Shown: positions 20,389-29,729 of the stretch, one piece after another
Numbering within the stretch: position 1 is the first letter of the stretch
Layout of the letters: each line of letters begins with the position of its first letter
Origin: Elusimicrobiota bacterium
GTDB lineage: Bacteria > Elusimicrobiota > UBA8919
Length of the DNA: 64,000 bases
NCBI GenBank assembly: GCA_028718185.1
Contig: JAQUMH010000003.1
Coordinates: 8,961 to 72,960 of the forward strand
Direction of reading: 5' to 3'
Made by a program: the position numbers and the translations under genes
The notes under the pieces: generated by a model
Seen by the model: only the letters and a program-made list of their open reading frames with translations
Told to the model about the DNA's origin: nothing
Database searches by the model: none

Positions 20389-23300
20389 ATGACTAAACCT
20401 ATTAAATTATTTTTATTATTAACATTGTTGGTATTAACAAGCATGATAACTGCAAAGACATTATCTGCGGTATTGAGTTTCAAAAGGGGAGTTATACATC
20501 TCTGGAATGATATGTCTCAACTAAGCTCCAGCCTTGATAATGCGGCATACTATGGTGCAGATGCCTTACAAACCGGAATAATTCCTACCTATATATCCGG
20601 TGTTAAAGGTGGGAAACATGATTATATAGGTGACGGCATCACTTATGCACATACAAAAGGTATAAAAATATTTCTTTTGATGGACATGAGCAATTATGCC
20701 GATGCCGATTGGGAAGCCTTTAAAAACAATACTTCTATACAGGGCCAATTTCTTTCAGACATGGATTGGATATTGCAAAGATATCCTACACTTGACGGTA
20801 TAGAATTAGAAGAGCCGCACGCTCATATTATACAGACTGATGGTGGTGCCTCATGGCGTATATTTACAAACGATTTTTTTACTAAGTGCAAAAATATTAT
20901 TTCCAAATATAGACCTACTGACCAGCCTGAAACCTTTTTATGGTCGTTTAATTGTGCCAGCAATTCTAAGGAAGGTGTTTGGGCGAATGGAATTGATACA
21001 GCCTATATCAATACGAACAAATTATTCAACGCATATGGAATTCAAAATGCCGCCACTACTCTTAACGATTACATGTACAATATTACAATATGGCAGTCAA
21101 GGTTTCCAAATCTTGAAATTTTTTCGGGTACACTTTTGACATGGTCAGGCCTTATTGACGGTTGTGCGTCCCAGTATCCAAGTTGGGACAGTCCAAAATG
21201 CTGGAGTCCGGCATTCTTTGACCAACTTAAATGGGCTAATTCTGTCGATCATTCTGTGCAGATATTTACATTACCTAGATTGGCTGAGTCCGCCTCAATG
21301 TGGCCGAACGACACTACACCGGGCACAACAGCCGGTGATAAAGTAATATATATATGGGGCGGCGTTCAGCAGGCATATCCTGCAGGAATTCCTTGGGTAA
21401 TATCATCCGACACAATTACCCCGACAACAATACAAGTGGAGGACTTTGATATGATGACCGCTGGCTTGGGTCAAGGAGAAGCATACAAAGATACAGAATC
21501 CGCTAATCAAGGTGGTGTATACAGGACAGCAGATGGAGTAGACATAGAAACTTTCCCGGGAGGATACGATATCGGCTGGACAAAACCCGGAGAATGGCTT
21601 GAATACAGCATAAACGTCCAGCAAAGTGGAGAATATAACATATCATTAAAAGTAGCAGGCGGTGCAGGTGTTCATGGACCCGTGCATCTTGAATTTGGAC
21701 CGCATCATGGCACACCATATGTCGTTACTAATTCAACCGCCATATATAATACTGGTGGATGGTATTCATGGACAACATTCACATTCACAGGTGTATCGCT
21801 TACTAGCGGCATACAGGTTATGAAATTAGTAATGGATAATGGAACGGCATCTGACTGTGGCAATTTTGACAACATAAGTATAGTAAAGATATTAGATGCG
21901 CTACCGCCGTCATCAGTAGGCAATTTGACAACCGGTAATCTGACAGGTGGAACAATAGTGTTAAATTGGACCTCAGTAGGAGACAACGGTAATAGTGGAA
22001 CAGCAAGTGTATACGATATCCGATATTCCAATGTAAGTATAAATGAAAATAATTGGGGAAGTGCGACACAATGTAATGATGAGCCAACCCCTTTAGTATC
22101 AGGAACTACACAGAGTTATACTGTGCAAGGATTAAGTCCAAATACAAATTATTATTTTGCTATGAAGGTAGGCGATGAAGTGCCTAACTGGTCAGGGATA
22201 TTAAATAGTCCTACTGGTAAAACGAATGCTAACACAGCACCGGTCTTAATTTGGACAGGTGAGTTAGGATATACCGGTGATGGATTAAATCCCGATACAG
22301 GAATAATAACTACAAGTTATGTATATAGAGTGAAATATTTCGATATAGATGATAACGCGCCGAAAGCGGGGTATCCTAAAATACACATCAAGAAAGGCGG
22401 AGTCGAGATAGCAGGCAGTCCGTTTGTAATGACTACAACAGACACAAGTTCATATAGTAGTGGTCGCATATATAGTTATACAAAACAACTGGCAGAGACA
22501 GATAAAGATTATAGTTATTATTTTGAAGCAAAAGATATAAATGATGGAATAGCGACAGGTTTACCTACAGCAACAATAGATGCACCGGATGTAAATGTAA
22601 TAACATACGGCATCAAAGGCAATGTGCAAGTATATAAGAGCAGTAGCGGGATAAGCGGAGTAACAATGAATTTAAGTGGTAAATCAAACAGCGATTTGAC
22701 TACCGGAGAAGAAGGCAGTTATGAGTTTGTTGGGTTGGAGAGTGGGAATTATATTATAAAACCTGTAAGTTCTAATTGGCGATTCTGGCCCAATGAGATG
22801 TCCTACACAAACTTAAGCAATGATATGGTGGAACAGAATTATGTTTGCAAGCCGTTAAGTGTGACAAAGATAGTGAGTCCGCAGATACAGATATCAAGCG
22901 GGATGGCAGTAACGCCAATAAGTGAGAATAGCAGTGTGGATAGCGAGATAAGTGTTACGGTACCGATAGGTGCGTTTTCTACTACGGCTAATTTAACGTT
23001 GAAAGCGATAGAAGTACCTGTGAGTGATAGGCGTACAATGAAGGTAGTTGGTTATGGAATAGAAATGGTAAATGACAAGAACCTGCAGCCAAAAGAAATG
23101 CTGATAACGATAAGTTATGATGACAGTTCAATAGCTGGTTATAATGAGAGTAAGTTAGTAGTAGGCTGGTATGATGAAAATAACAAGAGGTGGGAAGCAT
23201 TACCGTCAACAGTATACTCAAGTTATAATAAGGTGATAGCCAAAAGTAATCATTTAAGTAAGTTTGCGTTGCTGGAATCAATACCGATAACTGATTTTAG

Positions 23301-23577
23301 CAATATAAAAATCTATCCTAATCCATATAATCCGGATACAGCGGTAAGTGGTAAATTGAAGATAATCAATTTACCAATGAATAGTATAGCGAAATTATAT
23401 AGTGTGACAGGTGAGATAGTGAGAGAACTAAAAGAGATAGATTTTGGTAACCTTGGCTGGCTCGAGTGGGATGGTAAAAATGACGATGGTGACAAAGTCG
23501 GTAAAGCAGTTTATATTTATCAAATAGAAGACGGTACTGGTAAGAAAAAGACTGGAAAAATAGGATTAATTAAATAA
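20389..23577 (+). CDS. Secreted multidomain protein with a hydrolase-like N-terminal region, CBM6-like module, Fn3, carboxypeptidase-regulatory-like domain and FlgD-Ig/T9SS type-A-like CTD
   Basis: The ORF track starts at TTG 20353. The in-frame ATG at 20389 gives a typical signal peptide (MTKPIKLFLLLTLLVLTSMITA). 'IQVEDFDMMTAG...GYDIGWTKPGEWLEYSINV' is CBM6-like. 'GIKGNVQVY...GVTMNLSG...TTGEEGSYEFVGLESGNYII' is CarboxypepD_reg-like. The C-terminus is 'IYPNPYNPDT...WDGKNDDGDKVGKAVYIYQI'. Confidence 0.9.
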   Translation: MTKPIKLFLLLTLLVLTSMITAKTLSAVLSFKRGVIHLWNDMSQLSSSLDNAAYYGADALQTGIIPTYISGVKGGKHDYIGDGITYAHTKGIKIFLLMDMSNYADADWEAFKNNTSIQGQFLSDMDWILQRYPTLDGIELEEPHAHIIQTDGGASWRIFTNDFFTKCKNIISKYRPTDQPETFLWSFNCASNSKEGVWANGIDTAYINTNKLFNAYGIQNAATTLNDYMYNITIWQSRFPNLEIFSGTLLTWSGLIDGCASQYPSWDSPKCWSPAFFDQLKWANSVDHSVQIFTLPRLAESASMWPNDTTPGTTAGDKVIYIWGGVQQAYPAGIPWVISSDTITPTTIQVEDFDMMTAGLGQGEAYKDTESANQGGVYRTADGVDIETFPGGYDIGWTKPGEWLEYSINVQQSGEYNISLKVAGGAGVHGPVHLEFGPHHGTPYVVTNSTAIYNTGGWYSWTTFTFTGVSLTSGIQVMKLVMDNGTASDCGNFDNISIVKILDALPPSSVGNLTTGNLTGGTIVLNWTSVGDNGNSGTASVYDIRYSNVSINENNWGSATQCNDEPTPLVSGTTQSYTVQGLSPNTNYYFAMKVGDEVPNWSGILNSPTGKTNANTAPVLIWTGELGYTGDGLNPDTGIITTSYVYRVKYFDIDDNAPKAGYPKIHIKKGGVEIAGSPFVMTTTDTSSYSSGRIYSYTKQLAETDKDYSYYFEAKDINDGIATGLPTATIDAPDVNVITYGIKGNVQVYKSSSGISGVTMNLSGKSNSDLTTGEEGSYEFVGLESGNYIIKPVSSNWRFWPNEMSYTNLSNDMVEQNYVCKPLSVTKIVSPQIQISSGMAVTPISENSSVDSEISVTVPIGAFSTTANLTLKAIEVPVSDRRTMKVVGYGIEMVNDKNLQPKEMLITISYDDSSIAGYNESKLVVGWYDENNKRWEALPSTVYSSYNKVIAKSNHLSKFALLESIPITDFSNIKIYPNPYNPDTAVSGKLKIINLPMNSIAKLYSVTGEIVRELKEIDFGNLGWLEWDGKNDDGDKVGKAVYIYQIEDGTGKKKTGKIGLIK

Positions 23578-23665
23578 GTATGATTAATAAAATAAAAGAG
23601 TGTTATAGAGTTATTGGGTTATAGCGTTTGTAGAGTAAAAATTCTAAGAGAGGAGGAAATGGAAT

Positions 23666-25093
23666 ATGTACAGTGTTAATGTAAGACAGCCGGTGCTTAA
23701 TTTTTTAGATTCAAAAGAGCTTGACGGAATTCACTATGCCAGTTTGGAACTATTGGAGAGGACCGGATTAAAGATTCATAATAGAGAGTGTTGCGACCTT
23801 CTTTATAATGCCGGTGCCTATGTTGAAAATAACCAGCTTGTAAGAATTCCATCTGCATTAGTAAAAAGATGTTTGTCTACTGCTCCGGAAAAAGTAACCC
23901 TGGCTAGCCGGAAAGGCGATAGGGTTATGTTTCTTGAAGACAATAGGGTTTATTTCGGTACCGGTTCAGATTTGGAATTCACTCTTGACAATAAAACTAA
24001 AGAACACCGTATGACAAAATTAGAAGATGTTAAAGATGCTTCAATAGTAAGTGATTATCTGGAAAATATAGATTTTATAATGTCCTATGGTTTAGCTAAT
24101 GATGTTGATCCTAAAGAACAGGATATTCATCAATTTCTAACCATGGTTAAGAATACTACTAAGCCGTTAATCTTAACTTCACTTTCAGGGAAAGAGAATT
24201 TGGAAAAGATTTATAAGATATCATGTGCGATTACCGGTGGCGAAGATAAGTTCAAACACAATCCCTTTTGGATAATGTATGGACAATTTGTTTCACCGTT
24301 TCAACATAACGAAGACGCTCTTGAACGGTTAATTTTTTGCGCTGATAGGCATATTCCAATTATATATGTACCTACAGTTATGAGTGGGGCATCAGGACCG
24401 GTAACAATGGCTGGTTCTTTGGCTCTTGGAAATGCGGAAGTTTTAGGCGGTTTAGTTATTCACCAACTGCGGTCCCCGGGAGCACCTTTTATATACGGGG
24501 GTTGTATAACTCCTTTTGATATGCGGACAAGCAACATACCTTACGGAGCTCCTGAATGGCATATGGGTAGTGCAATAATGGCTCAGCTTTCCCGCCGTTA
24601 TAATCTGCCTATTTTCGGAACAGGAGGATGCTCAGATTCAAAATTGATAGATGAGCAAGCGGTGTCTGAGGCTACTTCTTCACTTCTTTTAGAGGCGCTT
24701 TCAGGTCTAAATTTAATACATGATGTAGGTTATCTTGAATCAGGTCTTTGCGGTTCTCTTGATTTTTTGGTTATTTGTAATGAGGTAATTGCTATGACTA
24801 AGAGAATCTTAAAAAACTTTCAAATAAATTCGGATACTTTAGCTATTGATTTAATAAATGAAGTGGGTCCGGGCGGACACTTTATGGATAAAGACCACAC
24901 GTTAAAACATTTTAAAGACGGGATATGGTATCCGGAATTATTTGACCGGAATAAGCGTCAACAGTGGTCAAATGAAGGGTCAACAACTATGTGTGATAGA
25001 GCACATCTTAAATTAAATAAAATACTAAGTGAACATAAAGTAGAATCGCTAGATTCAGCCGTAGAAAAAGAGATAAACAAAATAATCAAATAG
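23666..25093 (+). CDS. Trimethylamine methyltransferase (MttB) superfamily protein, non-pyrrolysine type
   Basis: GAGGAGG RBS. The N-terminus 'LDGIHYASLELLERTGLKIHNRECCDLLYNAGAYVENNQLVRIPSALVKRCLSTAPEKV' and overall length match MttB-family proteins. The frame is uninterrupted with no in-frame TAG. Confidence 0.85.
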   Translation: MYSVNVRQPVLNFLDSKELDGIHYASLELLERTGLKIHNRECCDLLYNAGAYVENNQLVRIPSALVKRCLSTAPEKVTLASRKGDRVMFLEDNRVYFGTGSDLEFTLDNKTKEHRMTKLEDVKDASIVSDYLENIDFIMSYGLANDVDPKEQDIHQFLTMVKNTTKPLILTSLSGKENLEKIYKISCAITGGEDKFKHNPFWIMYGQFVSPFQHNEDALERLIFCADRHIPIIYVPTVMSGASGPVTMAGSLALGNAEVLGGLVIHQLRSPGAPFIYGGCITPFDMRTSNIPYGAPEWHMGSAIMAQLSRRYNLPIFGTGGCSDSKLIDEQAVSEATSSLLLEALSGLNLIHDVGYLESGLCGSLDFLVICNEVIAMTKRILKNFQINSDTLAIDLINEVGPGGHFMDKDHTLKHFKDGIWYPELFDRNKRQQWSNEGSTTMCDRAHLKLNKILSEHKVESLDSAVEKEINKIIK

Positions 25094-25240
25094 ATGGTAT
25101 AATATTAAAGATTGAGATTTATAGAGGCGTCCGAGGTCCTTAGTCCAAAGTCCGATGTCAAGAACATAATGAAAAAACAGTTAACTATCGCACTATCGCA
25201 CCATCGCACTATCACACTGTTCCATTGGGGGGGTATTTAA

Positions 25241-27844
25241 ATGTTCAGAAAAAAGCTAGTAAAAATATTTAGTATTTTTGTAGTATGCATTTTTGTGAGT
25301 ATCAGTATTTTGTCAGGTGTAACTGACACAACACCACCTGGTAAAATAATGTATTTCGTGACTGCGTTTCCGACTTCCAAGACAGTCACGCTTGTATGGC
25401 GTGCTACTGGTGATGATGGTAATTCAGGCAAAGCAACAAAATATGATATCAGGTATTCGCCTGCTCCAATAACGACAGAAACATCATGGAACTCAGCTAC
25501 TAAAGTTAAATTTGATATGATTCCAAATTCTGCGGGTTCTGCGGAATCGTTGATGGTTTTTGGACTTTCACCTTCGACCAAATACTACTTTGCAATCAGG
25601 GCAGGAGACGAAGTCACTAACTGGTCACCATTATCTAAATCACCAAGCGCTACAACACCTGCTCTTACAGATACAACACCACCTGCCAAAATAACAGATC
25701 TTGCAATAACCAACATAGCAGCAAAATCAGTTACGCTTACTTGGACTTCTCCCGGCGACGATGGTAACACAGGTCTGGCTTCAAGATATATACCATATGA
25801 TATAAGATACTCATTGTCACCGATAACGGATGCCAACTGGGATTCTGCAACTAAAGCTGAAGGTGCACCAACAGCACAAGAAACATTTAGACAAGAGACA
25901 TTCACTGTTCCCGAGCTTTCACCTTCAACCAAATATTATTTTGCAATAAAAACACCGGATGAAGTTCCAAACTGGTCAAAAGTATCTAATAATCCTACTG
26001 GTACTACTAAAATCGTAGGTGTATCTGTCCCATATAAGGGAGTACCATTTCAGGTACCTGGTAAGATAGAATTAGAAGATTATGATAAAGGCGGGGCTGA
26101 AACATCATATTACGATACATCAACAGGTAACGCAGGAAATGCATACCGTACAACAGAAGATGTAGATGTTGAAACTTGCAGTGATGCAAACGGAGGATAT
26201 AGTGTAGGCTGGGCTATGACCGGAGAATGGTTGAAATATACAATAAATGTAAAGACAGCGGGAACATACACAATAGAGGTGCGAGTAGCATGTGGTGGTC
26301 CCGGAGGAACTTTTCATATAGAATTTGACGATATAAATAAGACAGGTTCAATGACAGTCCCTGACACAGGTGGCTGGCAGACTTGGCAAACAATAAAGAA
26401 GACAGGAGTCCGTTTAAGTGCCGGAAAACATATAATGAAGTTAACAATGGATACTATCGGTGCTATTGCAACAGGCAATTTTAATTACATAAACATAATA
26501 AATGAAGGACAATTAAAACCGGGTATAACAGTAACAGTTCCAAATGGCGGTGAGAATTGGATAGCAAATAGTCAACAGATAATAGCTTGGTCTAGTCAGG
26601 GAATAGTGGGCAATGTTAATATAGATTTATCGACAGATGGAGGAACTAACTGGATAAAATTAGTGTCAAATATACCGAATGATGGCAGCGAGACGATAAC
26701 AATCCCGAATAAAGCGAGTAATACTTGCAAGATACGGGTACGAGATATAAATGGCATTCCAGGTGATTCATCAGATACTAACTTCAAGATTTCTTTTATC
26801 CAGCCAAACGACAAGTTGTTTTTCCATGAAGGAGCAGTATTCCCGAATCCTAATCTTGCACCTATTAGTACGCCATATATAATCGCGTGGTTTGCCGGTG
26901 ATGGTGAGCAACCTCACGAAACCACAAACGTTCATGGTTATTTATGGGCTAGTAAGGCATGGCACGATGAAATGATAGCGAAAGGAAAACTGCCTATACC
27001 ATATAGTTATGCTGAAAGGGATAATGACCAAAGTCCAAGTCCATGGAAGCTTAATAACGAAGAGAGTATGTATGAAAACTACTTAAAGGCTGCACAAGAA
27101 GGATATTATGGTATAGAAATTGACGAATATGCTGCCTGGGATTATGATTCACGGGCACAAGAATCTATTAATGCACTCAGGCGGGTTAAAAAACAATACC
27201 CAAATTTTTTCATAACTGCTGCTTTTTATGGAGATGGTATTGATGAAACAATATCAAATGGAGCGGATGTATTAAGTCTTTATGAGCCTGAGATATACAT
27301 TTATCGTGGAATCATGGACTACAGAACATATATTAAAAAATGGACTGATTGGGTAAAGTACTACGGACTTGAAGGAAAAACAAATGCTATTTTTAGCGGT
27401 CAAAATGACTTTGTCGGTCTTCCGGAGGATGTTGATTTGTGGATAAAATACTTGAGGGCAGAATCACCTCAAATGGCTGGTCTTGGTATAAGAATATTTA
27501 AACTCTATTCATTAAACACAGAAGAAAGGGCAAAATTTGATAAGGTAATGGATGATAACTTCTTCAAACTATCGCCGTCTGTTTCCATAACTGCACCGGT
27601 AAAAAATACATCAGTAAACGGGACAGTAAAGATTGCGGTTAGTTCTGCTAAAAATCCCGAGACAGACAGACTTGTTGTTTCTTATCGTTATTTCATAGAT
27701 ACCAAACTTGTCAAGATATCATCAAGCCCTGAGTACTTGTGGAACACTGCCGGCTATTCAAAAGGCAAACATATAATAACAGTTCATGCAGTAGCAGATG
27801 ATTATCTTGCCGGTGTAAGCCAATTAAATTTAACGGTAAAATAA
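25241..27844 (+). CDS. Secreted protein with 2 Fn3-like domains, a CBM6-like module, an extra small beta-sandwich insert, an unassigned hydrolase-like region and an Ig-like domain. Paralog of 6638..9055
   Basis: Collinear with 6638..9055, including the 5' UTR and the GGGGGGG RBS. It carries an additional 'GITVTVPNGGENWIANSQQIIAWSS...DLSTDGGTNWIKL' insert. The shared motif is 'GYYGIEIDEY'. Confidence 0.88.
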   Translation: MFRKKLVKIFSIFVVCIFVSISILSGVTDTTPPGKIMYFVTAFPTSKTVTLVWRATGDDGNSGKATKYDIRYSPAPITTETSWNSATKVKFDMIPNSAGSAESLMVFGLSPSTKYYFAIRAGDEVTNWSPLSKSPSATTPALTDTTPPAKITDLAITNIAAKSVTLTWTSPGDDGNTGLASRYIPYDIRYSLSPITDANWDSATKAEGAPTAQETFRQETFTVPELSPSTKYYFAIKTPDEVPNWSKVSNNPTGTTKIVGVSVPYKGVPFQVPGKIELEDYDKGGAETSYYDTSTGNAGNAYRTTEDVDVETCSDANGGYSVGWAMTGEWLKYTINVKTAGTYTIEVRVACGGPGGTFHIEFDDINKTGSMTVPDTGGWQTWQTIKKTGVRLSAGKHIMKLTMDTIGAIATGNFNYINIINEGQLKPGITVTVPNGGENWIANSQQIIAWSSQGIVGNVNIDLSTDGGTNWIKLVSNIPNDGSETITIPNKASNTCKIRVRDINGIPGDSSDTNFKISFIQPNDKLFFHEGAVFPNPNLAPISTPYIIAWFAGDGEQPHETTNVHGYLWASKAWHDEMIAKGKLPIPYSYAERDNDQSPSPWKLNNEESMYENYLKAAQEGYYGIEIDEYAAWDYDSRAQESINALRRVKKQYPNFFITAAFYGDGIDETISNGADVLSLYEPEIYIYRGIMDYRTYIKKWTDWVKYYGLEGKTNAIFSGQNDFVGLPEDVDLWIKYLRAESPQMAGLGIRIFKLYSLNTEERAKFDKVMDDNFFKLSPSVSITAPVKNTSVNGTVKIAVSSAKNPETDRLVVSYRYFIDTKLVKISSSPEYLWNTAGYSKGKHIITVHAVADDYLAGVSQLNLTVK

Positions 27845-28002
27845 TCCGTAGTCCGGTGTAGTCGCGGTGCTGATGTTGTGTGGTGATGAGTTTTTTGTCC
27901 GCTAAAGTAATAGTACTTAGTTAAACACTAAGCCCCGACAGCATTAAATAAAAGTTAAAGAAGTGTTCTTGCGGAAATGCCACGGTGGAGTATTATTGAA
28001 CA

Positions 28003-28580
28003 GCAAAATTTGCCTACCTATTGACAAGTAAATCCAAGACAAAAACCCAAAAGTATGTTATATATATAGTAAAGAGCAAGTAATGATTACCCATTAGCAA
28101 GTCATGAGTATTCAATAATAAAACATTATACATTTGAATAAGGAGCTAAAAGAAATACATGTTGTTTTACCCCGCTTAATGCGGGATTGTGTTCCCACGA
28201 TTAACATCGGGGTTATGTTCTCGTTCGGTCCAGTAGGTCCGAACTCCGAGCATTAACTCGCTCGGTCCAGTGGGTCCGAGCTCCGAGCACTAACCCGAAA
28301 AGGCTGCTCCCGAGAAATCGGGATGAGTTCGCAAAACCAAGGGCTAAGATAGTGAAAGCCAACAGGTTGCCGATAAACGACAATTAAGTAAAAATAGGTT
28401 CTTCGTAAAGTAAAGGTAAAGGTAGAGAGATAAGACAATTACGAAGACCAAACTATCAAGCTAGCTAGGTTACCGAAAATAAAGAAGTTAATTAGAGAAT
28501 TAGTTGATTAGTAAATTAGGTTGAATAAACTTAATTCGCTAAATTAACCAACTAAATATCTATTGAACTTCTTTTTATTT
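28003..28580 (+). ncRNA. Conserved structured leader/unknown RNA element, copy B, upstream of the PorV-like gene
   Basis: Collinear with 19748..20323. Candidate promoter: AAGACA 28036-28041, 17 nt, TATATA 28059-28064. The core lies at 28295-28376. A variable hairpin (TTCTTCGTAA...TTACGAAGA) sits where copy A has CCACAAG...CTTGTGG. A long AATTAG-octamer hairpin lies at ~28480-28575. Confidence 0.6.
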
Positions 28581-28682
28581 TGGTAGTTTCATGACACATC
28601 ACACATCACACATTACACAATTTTAAGGAAAGTTTTTATGAAAAACGTAATAGACGAAATTAAGAAGAACAAGGGGGTTAAT

Positions 28683-29630
28683 ATGCGCAAGATGTTAAGT
28701 GCAGTAACGTTAGCAGTAATGGTTGTATGTACTATATGTACAAGTAATGTACAAGCCGGTGTCGGCAGTTCAGCAATGCAGTTTTTAAAGGTAGGAGTAG
28801 GCGCCAAGCAGGAAGGTATGGGTGGCGCACAGGTAGCAGTAGCAGAAGATGTAAATAGCGTATACTGGAATCCTGCGGGATTAGGTTCAGTAAGTGCAAC
28901 GGAATTATCATTTATGCATTTATCATATTTTGAAGGAATAAGTTACGAATATTTAGCGATAGGCCATCCAGTAAATGAGAGTTCCACAATAGGCCTGCAA
29001 GTAATGTACCTTAATTATGGCAATATAGACAAAACATTAGAAGATGTCAATGGCGCATATGATACGGTAGGCAGCGTAGGTACTTTTGGTGCAAAAGATA
29101 TAGGTGGCGCGATAAGTTATGGCAAACAGGTAGATGAAACAATAAATGTAGGTGGCAGTTTAAAGATGGCGAGCCAGAAGATAGACACAGACAACACATC
29201 CGGATTTGGGATAGATTTAGGAGTAGAGTATGTTCCTGTAAAAGGCGGATTACAATTAGGCTTAGCAGTCCAGAACATAGGCAGTAAAGTAGGCAGTGAT
29301 AATTTACCCGGGAATATAAAAGCTGGATTAGGCAAGAAGCTCTCAGCATTTGAAGGTGAGAACAATTTGACGGTAGCAGCAGATGTCAATTATGGATTAG
29401 ACAGTGCGACAACAAGAGAGAACATAGGTTTAGAGTTAGTGATAGCCGAGATGATAGGAATCCGAGCAGGTTACAAGATAGGTTATGATGAAGAGACATA
29501 CACATTAGGCGGCGGTTTTAAGATAGCCGGCGAAAGTTCAACATTTAATATAGATTATGCATTTGTCCCGACAAAAGATTTAGGCGACACACACAGGATA
29601 TCGTTAGGAATAAGGTTTGGAAATAAATAA
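28683..29630 (+). CDS. PorV/PorQ-family-like outer-membrane beta-barrel protein
   Basis: The ORF track starts at 28638. The ATG at 28683 follows AAGGGGG and gives signal peptide MRKMLSAVTLAVMVVCTICTSNVQA. 'SSAMQFLKVGVGAKQEGMGGAQVAVAEDVNSVYWNPAGLG' is the N-terminal signature I associate with PorV-type barrels. The remainder has alternating beta-strand character. Confidence 0.8.
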   Translation: MRKMLSAVTLAVMVVCTICTSNVQAGVGSSAMQFLKVGVGAKQEGMGGAQVAVAEDVNSVYWNPAGLGSVSATELSFMHLSYFEGISYEYLAIGHPVNESSTIGLQVMYLNYGNIDKTLEDVNGAYDTVGSVGTFGAKDIGGAISYGKQVDETINVGGSLKMASQKIDTDNTSGFGIDLGVEYVPVKGGLQLGLAVQNIGSKVGSDNLPGNIKAGLGKKLSAFEGENNLTVAADVNYGLDSATTRENIGLELVIAEMIGIRAGYKIGYDEETYTLGGGFKIAGESSTFNIDYAFVPTKDLGDTHRISLGIRFGNK

Positions 29631-29710
29631 TAGAAATTAGAAATATATAGAAATTAATAGAAATAAAACAACAAATTTCAACAAATTTCAATAAGTTTCA
29701 ATAAATTTCA
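29631..29710 (+). repeat. Octamer-periodic palindrome (AGAAATTA and TAATTTCA-type units) between the PorV-like gene and the 3198-aa gene
   Basis: TAGAAATTAGAAATATATAGAAATTAATAGAAAT ... ATTTCAACAAATTTCAATAAGTTTCAATAAATTTCA. Confidence 0.7.
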
Positions 29711-29729
29711 GGAAATTGGAGGTAAAGTT

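Noticed and set aside
23666-25093. Pyrrolysine-encoding MttB with in-frame UAG read-through
   Set aside because: The ORF is continuous with no internal TAG, and no pyl genes are nearby.
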